A stretch of DNA of 63,728 bases, the filler included, from Octopus bimaculoides (taxonomy: Eukaryota), in the NCBI RefSeq assembly GCF_001194135.2. It is 5 parts of 4 records of this genome, joined end to end, with 100 filler letters (N's around TTAATTAATTAA, not from the genome) between each part and the next. Parts side by side here need not be neighbours in the genome. Positions count along the whole stretch, not along the records: positions 25,722 to 54,706 come from NC_068981.1; 4 more parts are not named here. One strand, given 5' to 3'. Below, one piece after another: positions 39,831 to 51,800 of this stretch. Every line of letters begins with the position of its first letter. Position 1 is the stretch's first letter. The notes under the pieces were generated by a model, which saw nothing but the letters and a program-made list of their open reading frames with translations, made no database searches and was not told the origin of the DNA. The position numbers and the translations under genes were made by a program.

Positions 39831-40357
39831 TCCATTTGAATAGGAAAGTCCCACAAAATCTTATACTTCTCCGACTCCATTTTACCAGTGTAAAACTTTT
39901 ACAACCTGGTCATGCCTCCATTTCTTATATTCATCCTGTGCCAACTTGGGGCATTCTGTCAGAATGTGTGCCACTGTCTCATTCCAAGTTCCACAGGCTC
40001 CACATTTTTCTGACGCCTTCTCACATATATCAAGTTGTTTATTTTTTTCTCTTGATCTTGGGCTGCTACAATTATGCTCACTGTTTCTTTTTTTTATTTA
40101 TTATTATTATTATTAAGGTGGCGAGCTAGCAGAATCATTAGCATGCCAGGTGAAATGCTTAGCGGTACTTCATCTGCTGCTACATTCTGAGTTCAAATTC
40201 CACCAAGGTCGACGTTGCCTTTCATCCTTTTGGGGTCAGTAAAATAAGTACCAGTTGAGCACTGGGGTCAATGTAATTAATTTACCCCTGCCCCCAAAAT
40301 TTCAAGCCCTGTGCCTATAGTAGAAAGTATTATTATTATTTTTTCTTTTTCAGCTCA

Positions 40358-40513
40358 ATGGCATTTCCAATTTATGAGAACTTGAGAGGCTTTGCCACAA
40401 GCCGTCCCCCAATTATCATATTTATGATTTGTCTGGGTTCATTTGCTGTAGTTTTGCTGACCCTTGCTTACTACATTAAAGTTAGAGAAATTACCAACCC
40501 TGATATAACTGAG
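40358..40513 (+). CDS. TMEM248: TMEM248 coding exon 1 (MAFPIYENLRGFATSRPP..REITNPDITE, 52 aa, TM1)
   Basis: Matches the human N-terminus as recalled (LENLKVYISSRPPLVVFMI..LTLGYFFKIKEIKSPEMAE); acceptor tttcag at 40353, donor gtaaga at 40514, phase 0. Confidence 0.93.
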
Positions 40514-41916
40514 GTAAGATGTACACTTGTCTGTAATGGTTCTTTCATTTTCTTGTCTTTGTTGTAAATATTAGCCAGATATCAATATAACTGTTTATAA
40601 GTATTGTTTGTTCACTCATGTAGTTGAAATAAAATCTAACTCACTGAAGCATCTGGATAAGTATGTTTGGCTTGTGGGAAAAAGTTGATCTGATGCTATG
40701 AGAAATTTTACCCCTTGTGCAATTAATCTCAAATGTAACTTGACTTGGGCTAGGCAGGATTTGGTGAGGAAGATTTTCTATGGCCAGATGCCTTTCCTGC
40801 TGCTAGCCCTCATCTGCAGTGAGCGATAAACCTTCAGATAGCTCGGTAAATATGTACTGTGATACTTCTTTATAGCTAACCTCAAATTGAGCTTGACTTA
40901 TTTCCATGACTTTGGGTATTTATCAGTGGGTGACCAATCTTGTTCATTTCAGATTTGGGAAAATATGTATTGTCATGCTCATGCCTTATCAAGAGCTAAT
41001 TAAAATAGTTTCAACTAAAAGTCATTTGGAACACACATCTAATTTGCTGCTAATATAACATTTTTATAAGGTGGCTAGCTGGTGGAATCATTAGCACATC
41101 AGCAAAATGCTTAGCAACATTTCATTCCTCTTTATGTTCTGTGTTCATATTCTGCCAAGGTTGACTTTGCCTTTCTTCCTTTTGGGGTTGATAAAATAAT
41201 TATCAGTTGAGCACTGGGGTTGATGTAATCGACTTGCCCCCTCCACCAAAACTGCTGGATTGTGCCAAAATTTGAAACCAGTATAATATTTCTATACCTC
41301 TGAAACTATGTATATAATTGTGTGCATTATTATCACCATTCTAAACATGTAACAAGCAAGCTTGTTAAGGGATTGCTAAGAGTATATGTAAAAAAAAGAG
41401 TTTGATTTTATATCATAAGCATTTTATGAATTAGTATTCATGGGTTATAACTTTTCATTGGGCCAATCACTAATTGGAGAATAATGAGAGTGTCTCTGCA
41501 ACTTGAGAAGAATAAATACTATGTGCTATTTTTGTTGGAACACTGGTTTATCTATTTTATTGACCATGGTTAGGAGCTTGCATCCCAACCACATGCTTTT
41601 CAGTTCAGTCATCACTTTGTGGTACCTTGGGCAAGTGTCTTCTATTATAATCCCCAAGCCAATCAAAGCCATTTGGGTGGATTTGGTAGATGGAAACTGA
41701 AAGAAGTCCAGTGTGTGTCTGTCTGTCCACCACCACTTGACATCTGGTGTCAGTTTGTTTATGCACCCGTAACTTAGCAGTTTGGCATGAGATCCATACA
41801 ATGAGTACCAGGCTTAAAAAAATATTGGGATCGATTTATTCGACTAAAACCCTTCAAGGCTCTGCCCCAGTAAAGCTACAGTCCAATGACTGAAGCAAAT
41901 AAAAGATATATATATG

Positions 41917-42788
41917 TGTGGTCTGATCAATAAGTATCCGACTGATACCATAGTAACGAAGCTAAAGCATGCAGAGTGAAGCTGCATGGTATAGATTGAC
42001 CGTGAGCTCTAGTTTGCATGTGCATTAAGTTTTAACGTTCTAGCTCACTTCCACTGTTTACAGCAGTGCTTGGGAGGAAAGTGTGAAATTTGTGATTGTC
42101 ACATTGACCATGACAGAGAAAGTTGAGCAGAGAATCTGCATCAAATTTTGCCAAAAGCTTGGCGATACCTGCTCTGAGGTCTATGCAAAGTTTTCAAAAA
42201 GTTTTCATCATTCTCGACACAATCAAGGAGATCTTGTGCAACTGAAACTTAAACATTTTTTTGATCAGCTGAAAGCAGTTTTGGCACAAACTTGCCAGAC
42301 ATGTGCCTCATACCCAAATTTTCAGTGATAATGGACTGAACTGAACTCTAACTAATCTGCACATCCTCTGATAACTCACAGTTGGTGATTTGACGATTTT
42401 CTCACACAACTGCATGCACATCTGCGATGTTCTCAGTTCTGCTGGTTGCAGGTCTCCCAGAACGTTTATCACCATTGACAATTTTTGGGTCATCTTGAAA
42501 ACCTCTAAACCACTTGTACACGGCTTATACACTCCTCTCCATACATTTTTTGCAACTTTGCATAGGCCTCTGACCAGGTATCACCATAACAACTTTCTGT
42601 CATGGTCAATGCGATGATCACACGTTACTTCAAAGCACTACTGTAAACAGCAGAAGTGAGCTAGAATGTTAAAACTTAGTGCACATGCGCAGCAGAGGTT
42701 AAGGTAAATCTCTGCCAAGTAACTTCACTCTGCATGTTTTAGCTTAGTTACTATGGCAACAATCCGGATACTTATTGATCAGACCTTG
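41917..42788. mobile_element. Mariner derivative made of two inverted 5' ends
   Basis: ~160 bp inverted arms (GGTCTGATCAATAAGTATCCG..); transposase N-terminus on + (MTEKVEQRICIKFCQKLG) and on - (..DKRSGRP..NLGMRHMSGKFVPKLL). Confidence 0.8.
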
Positions 42789-42790
42789 TA

Positions 42791-42825
<35 letters not shown>

Positions 42826-43024
42826 NNNNNNNNNNNNNNNNNNNNNNNNNNNNNNNNNNNNNNNNNNNNNNNNNNNNNNNNNNNNNNNNNNNNNNNNNNN
42901 NNNNNNNNNNNNNNNNNNNNNNNNNNNNNNNNNNNNNNNNNNNNNNNNNNNNNNNNNNNNNNNNNNNNNNNNNNNNNNNNNNNNNNNNNNNNNNNNNNNN
43001 NNNNNNNNNNNNNNNNNNNNNNNN

Positions 43025-44111
43025 TGACTTTGGAATCTACTGCAACTCTTCTGGACGGTCTCCTTGTTTAAGTTGGTGAATGCTGCCATAATCCTTGCCT
43101 TCAGTTAATCTTAGGTGTTACAAGAAGTTTTGCTGGTCTCTTGCTCAACTGTGCCCCACATATAATAGTCAAGGGGGTTGGAGTCTGAAGAGTCAGGTGA
43201 CCAGATGTTAGGGGTGATGTGGTTGCAGAAATTGTCTGACGGCCATGACTAGGTTCTCCTGCTTGTGTGGCATGGTGCAGATCCTGTTGCCAGACATAGG
43301 GTCTTCCAGCAGCCACCCACTTGACCCAGGGCACCACTATCTCCTCCAGCACTTGATGTAGGCCTCTTTGTTGAGACTGAGACTGAGGCTGTGTGGGAAG
43401 ATGAATGGAGGCATAACATTGCCATAACTAGTGATCCCTCCAAACACCATGATGTTGACTGGATGTTTGATTTTTATCACTCTCAGTACATGTTTTGGGG
43501 ATATGGCAAGACAACAAAACCAAAGCATGTTCAGTTGAAGGGGATACTTGAGTTTGTTCAAAAGCTTTGTAGTGCGGTCTTTCCTCTTGTCATTGATGAC
43601 TTGCAATAAAAATTGGCCCTTTCTCATCTTGTATGAGAAATATTCAATATCTTTATGCACTACCTGCCTGATAAGAAACTCAGACACTCTCATGTACTTG
43701 GCAATGGACCTGATTTAGTTGGAGTGATTGTTGTCAATCATGGTCTGGATCTCACCAACAAATTCAGGAGTTCTTTTCTTATCAGAACAATCAGAGTGAG
43801 TTTTCTGAGCTGCCGTACCTTTGTAATCACCATTAGACTCATCCAACTCTTTCTGAATCCTCTGCACTGTCATCAGATTGACATCCAATCACTCTGAAAT
43901 ATTTGTATTTGAGTGTCTGCTGCAAATGCCAAGAAGTACAGCATGTCATTTCCAAATTCCTGGCAGACTGAATTGCGTCATGGTGCTGTTTTTCTTAGAC
44001 AGTTCCCAACTGATCCTACTATGCTGTGCAGTCAAGAAAATAAAAATAAAAAAAGCGCATGTGCGAAATTGAACATATAAAATGGCGACAATTTACCCAT
44101 CGCACCCTCTG
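43025..44111 (-). mobile_element. Tc1/mariner DD37D (maT-like) transposon, degraded
   Basis: Left end CAGAGGGTGCGATGGGTAAATTGTCGCC at 44111; transposase motifs HPVNIMVFG, PYVWQQD(S)APCHTSRRT..NPLDYYMWG with 37 residues between the second and third Asp after one frameshift correction; other end in gap. Confidence 0.8.
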
Positions 44112-44415
44112 TGTGTGTGTGTGTGTGTGTGTAAGCAAAGCAAAAGACACACTACTTTCAAATAGAAAGATCTGGCTTGGAACCATATAGTTGTAATGTG
44201 AACTTCTTAACTGCACATTTACATCTGTACCTGGAAATAGTAATTTGATAGTAAAAATATCACCAATAGCTTATCAATAAGTACAAGGCAATTAGAATTA
44301 TATAGTTCACGAATAGGACATCAGCTTCACCATTAGCATCATCTTTATCACCATCATGGTGTATGACATTTATGTGTATATGTTGTTTACATCTATCTTT
44401 TCTTTTTTTTTTCAG

Positions 44416-44606
44416 GACTGGAACATGTTCTTAGAGAATTTAGCTCATGTAGAATTTTGTGTGTTAAATAACTCGAGTGATTCTTCTCAAAGTGGAACTC
44501 AGTCCACCACAGTTGCTGTTCCAACAACACCAACAGTAGATCTCTCCACACTAGAACTAAACAACACAGAATCTGCTGCACCTGGAATTGTTCCAGAAAA
44601 TTATGT
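44416..44606 (+). CDS. TMEM248: TMEM248 coding exon 2 (DWNMFLENLAHVEFCV..PENY)
   Basis: DWNxFL..C motif as in human DWNTFLLRFNDLDLCV; polypyrimidine+cag acceptor, gtaagt donor at 44607, phase 0 to 2. Confidence 0.92.
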
Positions 44607-45531
44607 GTAAGTATTTCTGGACACTTCNNNNNNNNNNNNNNNNNNNNNNNNNNNNNNNNNNNNNNNNNNNNNNNNNNNNNNNNNNNNNNNNNNNNNNNNN
44701 NNNNNNNNNNNNNNNNNNNNNNNNNNNNNNNNNNNNNNNNNNNNNNNNNNNNNNNNNNNNNNNNNNNNNNNNNNNNNNNNNNNNNNNNNNNNNNNNNNNN
44801 NNNNNNNNNNNNNNNNNNNNNNNNNNNNNNNNNNNNNNNNNNNNNNNNNNNNNNNNNNNNNNNNNNNNNCCCTCCCTCCCTCCCTCCCTCTTTCTCTCTC
44901 TCAATCTCACAGTACATCAAATGAATTTCATTTGTATTACATCATCATCAATAATACTAATATGCTAACTTTTTGTTTTTGTACGTACCTGTTGTATGCG
45001 TCACACTTTACTTCAAAGAAGTGGCAAAGTGAGAGAGAGGAAGTAAGAGACAAAGTGAGAGTGAAAGAGACAGTGAGTGGTGACTGCATTCGTTTTGTGT
45101 TTTTATATGTTTCAGAGAGGACGTAAGAAAGAAAAAGAGAGAAAGTGAGTGAGTGAGAGAGATAGAGAAAGAGTGAAAGAGACAGTGAGTGGTGATGGCA
45201 TTTGTGTTGTGTTTTTAAATGTTTATCACATTGCAAGAGAAGTAGATATATTGATAAATATACACATTGTTAAATCAAAAGCAGGAGAGAGGAGGGACAC
45301 AAAGGAAATGAAAGAGAAAGAAAGTGAGAGAGACAGTTCATACATAGATACATAGACACAGCTAATACTGGCTGTCAATTTCACTTTTCATTACCACACA
45401 AGGATAAAATTAACTCACAAATGGCTGAGTACTCTAGACATGCATGACAATAACGTAGTTCTCAGTGATATTCAACCTCATACAGAATATGACAAGGCTG
45501 GCCCCTTTGAATTACAGCTACAACTCGAGAC

Positions 45532-45580
<49 letters not shown>

Positions 45581-45750
45581 AAATAAATTCAAAAAGGGAT
45601 AAAACTCTTTTACAAGAGTTTTATCAAGAAGCCAGTGTGTAAAAAAATTCAAAAGGGAAATTTCTATTCCCAAGAATATAATTATTNNNNNNNNNNNNNN
45701 NNNNNNNNNNNNNNNNNNNNNNNNNNNNNNNNNNNNNNNNNNNNNNNNNN

Positions 45751-45797
<47 letters not shown>

Positions 45798-46039
45798 AAA
45801 TAAATTCAAAAAGGGATAAAACTCTTTTACAAGAGTTTTATCAAGAAGCCAGTGTGTAAAAAAATTCAAAAGGGAAATTTCTATTCCCAAGAATATAATT
45901 ATTTGTTTATATTTATATAAAGGGCATTATTACAGAAAAATGTGGTACTAAATGTGGTTATTTTGAGAAGTCCACTGTGTGGCGTTATTATTTTTCTGTA
46001 ATAATGCCCTTTATATAAATATATATATATATATATATA

Positions 46040-46862
46040 TGAATGTATTTGTGTGTGTTAGTTAAAACATGTTTGCAATACCAAGTGTTGTGTGGTAAAA
46101 ATAAACGCAATTACCAAACTTTCATTCATAAATCCATTTACTGTTTCATTCTTTTGCATTTCAATTTGTACATTTGTACCCAGAAATTTTCAGCAACTGC
46201 ATGCCAGAAGAAATGGAAAAACGAGTAATTTTATCTCCTAAAAATTCTGACTGTCTTGCAATAAATGAAAAAGTTCTTAATATTATACCAGAGGCACTTA
46301 AAACATGCTTAAGCACAGATTCATTGTCCTGCAATTATGAAGAGGAGGTTCAGAACTATCCATTTGAATCCATAAACTCACTCACTCCATCCAGTATGCC
46401 TCCTCATCGTCTCAACTTAAAAGTAGGGGCTATTGTAATGCTGCTAAGAAATCTTTTGATCAGTCAAGGATTATGTAACGCATGAAAGTGCAAAGACTTC
46501 ATGAACATTGTATAGAGGCATCATTGGTAACAGGCTCCAACAGAGGTCGTATAGTTCTAATTCCCAGAATTAAACTTAGCCCAAGTGATGCAAATATTTC
46601 ATTCACACTAAACAGACTTCAGTTTCCACTTCGACTTGCATACTCAATGACAATAAGGCTCAAGGGCAAACATTTGAGAAAGTTGGAATACATTTGCCGC
46701 AACTGGTATTTTCTCATGGCCAATTATATGTCGCATTTTCAAGAGCATGAGCTATGAACCATATCAAAGTAAGTGTTATGACACTCAATTGGGATAACAG
46801 ACAAGGCCAAAAACGTTGTGCAACATACACACAAAATATTGTCTACCATGAAGTACTGTGTG
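46040..46862 (+). mobile_element. Helitron Rep/Hel PIF1-type helicase C-terminal fragment
   Basis: [65 protein letters not shown]; frameshifts present. Confidence 0.88.
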
Positions 46863-48041
46863 GAAGACCACCAGCTAGCATCACCACCACACCAGCTGCT
46901 CCATCATTACACATCCACATTACACCCTTTAAAATCAGGGAACAAGTTTGGGGCCCTCTGGATCTCTCTCGGCATACCAGCAAACCACAAAATCGCACCA
47001 GCCAGCATCACCACTACCTTCAAGCCCGTCATATATATATGTATGTATGTGTTTGTGTCCCTGTAATTTAGCTGTTCAGCAGAAGAGACTGATAGAATAA
47101 GCACCAGTCTTACAGGGAATAAGTCCAGGGGTCAATTTCTTTGACTAAAGGGTGGTACTCCAGCATGGCCACCGTCAAATGACTGAAACAAGTAAAAGAA
47201 TAAAAGAATACCAGGAAAACGTTCCATACCATTAAACCAAGCAGGTTCTTTGAATATATACGATGTATTTTAAGGTTAAATAGTAATTCCATTTACATTT
47301 GTGTAACTGAGATATTTTGGTTGGATTATATAGTCATTGATGTTACATTACTTTCTATATTCTGTAACTGTTACAATATACTTTTCTTAGCCTGAGATTT
47401 TTGTGGGGAGGGGGCCAGTTGATTAGATCGACCCTGAAAGGACAAAAGGTGAAGTCAACCTTGGCAGAATTTGAACTCAGAACGTAAAGACAGACAGTCA
47501 TAATATGCAAACATTTCTCATGGCACTGTTTACAGATGCTTACATTTTTTAATGTTTTCTGTGAATTTTTCACGGGTCCAGCTAATTATCATAATTTGTG
47601 TCTATGTTTCATACTCGCATTGGTTGGACAGTTTGACAGAATCTGATGGATCCAAGGACTGCATCATGCTCTGGTATCAGCTTTGGCATGTTTACTACAG
47701 CATGGATATGAAAACCATCAGTGTTCTGTGATACCCTGAAAACAATTCATATATCACTTACATACACTTCACTTATCCACAAACATGCAATTCACTCTCA
47801 TACAAGAAATGTAAATACCTTCTCACATACAATCCCATTTTTCTTTCTCTTTGCCATTGTCTACATTGCATACACACTCTCTGAGCAACATATATACTTA
47901 CAGATTATCCATCAACTGTATGCTCAATCACATCTAAACATCAACCACCTGTACATATTTTCTTAACACTAAACACATCTGGACCAAATCTCTTTCTCAA
48001 ATCATGCTCTACTACCTTAAAAAGGGAAGAATACATTAGAC

Positions 48042-48397
48042 CAGTGGTTCCCAAACTATGAGTCGCGCCCCACTGATGGGTTGCAAATGGAATCCTAGTG
48101 GGTCGCAAAAAGTTATAAAATTACGCATTAGCTTTGATTAACTGCTGTCTATTGAGATAGTTCAAGACTCATGTTTTCAATACCAGACTGGTTGTTTTAT
48201 CAAGCAGTAGGCTTTTTTAATTCTATTATTGAGCGTAGCAAGAAACAAGCTCATCCTTCTCACAGGCCTCGATGAAAATGTAATCTGAAATAAATTTGTT
48301 TCTTTCATTAATGTTTTTACCCAGTAGAGTTAAGTGGGTCGCATAAACTAGTGTCATAAATAGTGGGTCACGTCTCTAAAAAGTTTGGGAACCACTG
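48042..48397. mobile_element. hAT (Charlie-like) MITE, 356 bp
   Basis: Perfect 16-bp TIR CAGTGGTTCCCAAACT; perfect 8-bp TSD CATTAGAC (48034-48041, 48398-48405). Confidence 0.92.
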
Positions 48398-48518
48398 CAT
48401 TAGACAGTTTAATCCTAGACACTCTCTGTTTCTCCTACCATACACACACACAGCAGCAGCAGTAATATCTAAACTATGAGCTAAAACATCACCAATCTTG
48501 TACTGTTTTCTCTTTCAG

Positions 48519-48634
48519 AAATGTCACAGTATCTATGTTAGTAGAAATAATCCCAACATTGGAGTTTCTCAGTATTCCTCACAATCTAACACATCTGACA
48601 ACTACACTTCCTGGCTACCAACTTGGACTCTCTG
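48519..48634 (+). CDS. TMEM248: TMEM248 coding exon 3 (NVTVSMLVEIIP..HNLTHLTTTLPGYQLGLS)
   Basis: Aligns with human NISVSITL..RNVTHLYSTILGHQIGLSG; tttcag acceptor, gtatgt donor, phase 2 to 1 keeps the frame. Confidence 0.92.
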
Positions 48635-49411
48635 GTATGTATAAACTCTCTTGTCTGTACTAAATCTGTACTACAAGAAGCATAATAACAGAAACTACTG
48701 ATCGTGAGTTCCAGCCTTGCTACAGCTCATGCCATTGTTTATCTACAACAGTGTTTTAACCCATCCTTTTGCCTATGGACCCCTTTGATTTCTATTTTAC
48801 TTGGATGTTTGAAAATCCTGTTATATTTTTATAATTATTATTATTAGGAATTGTATAAAGAAATTAAAATATTCTGTGTATTGTACAAGTATAACCAAAT
48901 TATTGCCAATAAATTTTGAACAACAAAATCTTATATGGACCCTAGTTGAGAATGACTAATCTACACAATATACAAATATTACTAATTTAGATATAATTTA
49001 ACATTTTCAAGCAGAAGTTTTTATCAACATCATCATATCTGCTTTTACCATGGTGGCATAGGATTGAAGAAATTTATTGAGACAATATTTCACTGACAGA
49101 TTCCTTTCCTGTTACCAACCATTTTTATTATCTTTCACATTTATATATCAGCAGAAAAAAAACAAACACTGCTTAGAAAGATTCAAAACCTTTGTTCATC
49201 ATTGCTGGTTTTACCAGTTACTCAATCATCCTCATCGTCATCATTTAGCATGTTTTCCATGCTGACATGGATTAGATGGTTTGACTGGAATTGGAGACCC
49301 GGAGAGCTGTACCAGGCTCCAGTCAGTTTTTGGCTTGGTTTCTATGACTAGATACTCTTCCTAATGCCAGCCACTCTATAGAGTGTACCGGCTGCCTTTT
49401 ACATGTCTCCT

Positions 49412-49619
49412 CACGAGTGCCCTTTCTGCGTCACTGGCACGAGTGCCCTTTCTTTGTCACCGGCACGAGTGCCCTTTCTCCATTACTGGCACGAGTGCCC
49501 TTTCTTCGTCACCGGCACAAGTGCCCTTTGTGCGCCACCGGCACGAGCACCCCTTGTGCGCCACTGGCATGAGCGCCTCTTGTATGCCACCAGCACGAGC
49601 ACCCCTTGTGCGCCACCAG
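49412..49619. repeat. 26-bp minisatellite, 8 copies
   Basis: Units start at 49412 + 26n; consensus CACGAGTGCCCTTTCT..GTCACCGG drifting to CACGAGCACCCCTTGTGCGCCACCAG. Confidence 0.92.
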
Positions 49620-49771
49620 CATGGGTAATGGGAATACAATATGAATTCAGATGATAGGGAAATAGGCATTGTGATGTTTATGCTTCCAAAGGCATTATAA
49701 ATTTACTTTCAATTTGATTACTTTTTCTTAGAGAGCCACATGTAACAGCAATGGTGAAATTTTGTTTTTAG

Positions 49772-49922
49772 GTGATGCAGGCAATATGGAGATGCTCGTA
49801 ACATTTGAGTTACCTTTTGAATGGAACACAACCAGCTGCAGTAATAATGGTGTGTGCAATGGTGTTAAGATATATACATGCATGACGTTCAGTGCACCAC
49901 CCAATTTCTTCCCACTTACAAG
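49772..49922 (+). CDS. TMEM248: TMEM248 coding exon 4 (DAGNMEMLVTFELPFEWNTTSC..CMTFSAPPNFFPLT)
   Basis: Conserved ITF.LP.W, three Cys and CMT..A...FP.T; tttag acceptor, gtacag donor, phase 1 to 2. Confidence 0.92.
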
Positions 49923-50525
49923 GTACAGTTTCAGACTGTTTGTCTTATTCTTCTTTGATATTGTTGTGTATGTGTGTGTGCACGTGCGTGTGTCTGAATG
50001 TGCACATACACACACTGTTAAGATTAATGTGTATGTTGTAGGTAATGTTCTAAGTATACATGTGTGTAATGGTATGCATTGTGCTATTGAAGGTAATGAT
50101 GTATGTGTTTGTGCTGTGATGTGTAAGATTGTTTAAGTGTTTATCAAGGTATTATTTTTCTGTATATGTCTGTATATATGTCACAATGCACTGGAATCCA
50201 TATTTGGATGTCAGTTTTGTGAAGATTAAACTTTATTGATATCTTTATGACCATCATTACAATCAGTCGCCATCATCACCATCAGCATATTACCACCTTC
50301 ATTTCAACTGTCATATGACTGTCATCATCACAACCATTCTTGATTACCACTAATTACCATCTCATTTGTCATGACCATCATCTCAGCCTCATCATCACAA
50401 GTTTTAGCTATTTTCCTTATTTCAGAACAATCACAGAAACACCAACATAGTAAAAAGGTGTTGATATAAGTTTTGTGCTTGACCATTTCATGACATTTTT
50501 CATCTTTTTTTTTTTTAACACTCAG

Positions 50526-50691
50526 GAAACCCAGTGCCTGTTATGGAGTGAATGAAACTGGTGTTGAATATCATGCTCGCATGATTGGCCGTAACACTGC
50601 CTTATCTGACAGTTATGTCTGGTGCCGGAATAAACCCTTGATCAATGTCCGCTACAATCTTGACCCCACTTTAACTGTGATGCTCTCACTG
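50526..50691 (+). CDS. TMEM248: TMEM248 coding exon 5 (KPSACYG..VWCRNKP..LDPTLTVMLSL)
   Basis: Conserved P..C, WC and L.P.LTV motifs; ctcag acceptor, gtatgc donor, phase 2 to 0. Confidence 0.92.
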
Positions 50692-50989
50692 GTATGCTGA
50701 ACTTTATTTCCCTCTTGTAATGATTTATTTTAATTAAAAGCTGGGACAGGCAGGAGGTATAATAAGTTACTGACATTTTATCAATCACTAAACAAATAAA
50801 TAGCAAAATTAATTCTAGCATGTTTTGAAGTTAGAAACGTAAGTCACTGGATGAAATGCAGTGCAATATCTGGTCTAGTATTCTGCTACCTGTACCATTA
50901 TTTTGTTTTGATAAAGATGAATAGTGTTCAAAAGATCTACAAGCTTTCTTAAGACTGTTGTATAGGAATAACTGGATGAGGTTAGTAAA

Positions 50990-51182
50990 CCATATTTCCT
51001 GGCATACAAGTCGAATTTTTCAGACCAAAATTTATTGCTGAAAAAGGTAGGTTGACTTATATACCAAGATGACTTTGAAGGACTAAAACTTCCATGTGAA
51101 ATGCAGCAAGATTTCAAAAGATAGTGATGATGGTTGTATGTTTACACTACACACTGCATTGACTTGTATGCAGGAAATATAA
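50990..51182. mobile_element. Tc1/pogo-type MITE, CpG-decayed
   Basis: Inverted termini CATATTTCCTGGCATACAAGTCGA / TTGACTTGTATGCAGGAAATATA. Confidence 0.65.
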
Positions 51183-51431
51183 TAGTTAAGGTTAAGTGCA
51201 AATTGTTGTATGTTAGATGTTATAGTGACATCATACTGAAAATCAATCCCTTTCTATATTTGATATAAAAAGGGATTTTCAGCATGATGTTATTATGAGT
51301 GAATAAGGACTGTGCAGAGTAATTATTTTTAATATTATTTAAGAAACTGTATGATAATTAAAAGTATTCCCTTTGCTTCTTATTTATACACTTTATCTGA
51401 CCTGTTTTTAAAATTTCTTTTAAATTGTTAG

Positions 51432-51566
51432 CGTGACCGGTCAGTTATCAACCTACATTTGATGCATACCAGTTATTTCCTGTTTGTGATGGTCGTTACT
51501 CTCTTCTGTTATGCTATTATTAAAGGACGACCAAGTAAAAGTAAAGGCTTGCAGTATAAAGAAAAA
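51432..51566 (+). CDS. TMEM248: TMEM248 coding exon 6 (RDRSVINLHLMHTSYFLFVMVVTLFCYAIIKGRPSK..KEK, TM2)
   Basis: Near-identical to human DDRSLINLHLMHTSYFLFVMVITMFCYAVIKGRPSK; gttag acceptor; gtaagt donor at 51567, or read-through to TGA at 51600-51602. Confidence 0.93.
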
Positions 51567-51654
51567 GTAAGTATTGGCAACAACAACATTACAGTGATTT
51601 GAGGGAATTTTATATTAAATTTCTTTCATTTTCATCTCATTATCCATCATCTAA

Positions 51655-51800
51655 AATGTAATTGGCGAGAGTTAACAGTGAGTTTGGTGAGGAATTTAAT
51701 ATGCAGGCAGTTGTTGTATATCAGGGTTCAGTTCTTAATCCCCTCCTATTTGTTATGGTTCTCCAAGCTGTATCAGAGGAGTTTATGTAATGTACTAGAG
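51655..51800 (+). mobile_element. RTE-type LINE RT fragment
   Basis: VYQGSVLNPLLFVMVLQAVSEEF resembles the GVHQGSVLSPLLF motif. Confidence 0.5.

Noticed and set aside
44055-44087. NRF1-like GCGCATGTGCG and YY1-like AAAATGGCG motifs near exon 2
   Set aside because: They lie within the terminal/5' region of the DD37D transposon; no evidence of host regulatory use.
45578-45903. Exact ~109-bp direct repeat either side of an N gap
   Set aside because: Identical copies flanking a gap, each after (TA)n: typical unmerged contig overlap.
49412-49619. Regular repeats as a possible CRISPR-like array
   Set aside because: Head-to-tail units with no unique spacers, in a eukaryotic intron, with no cas genes.
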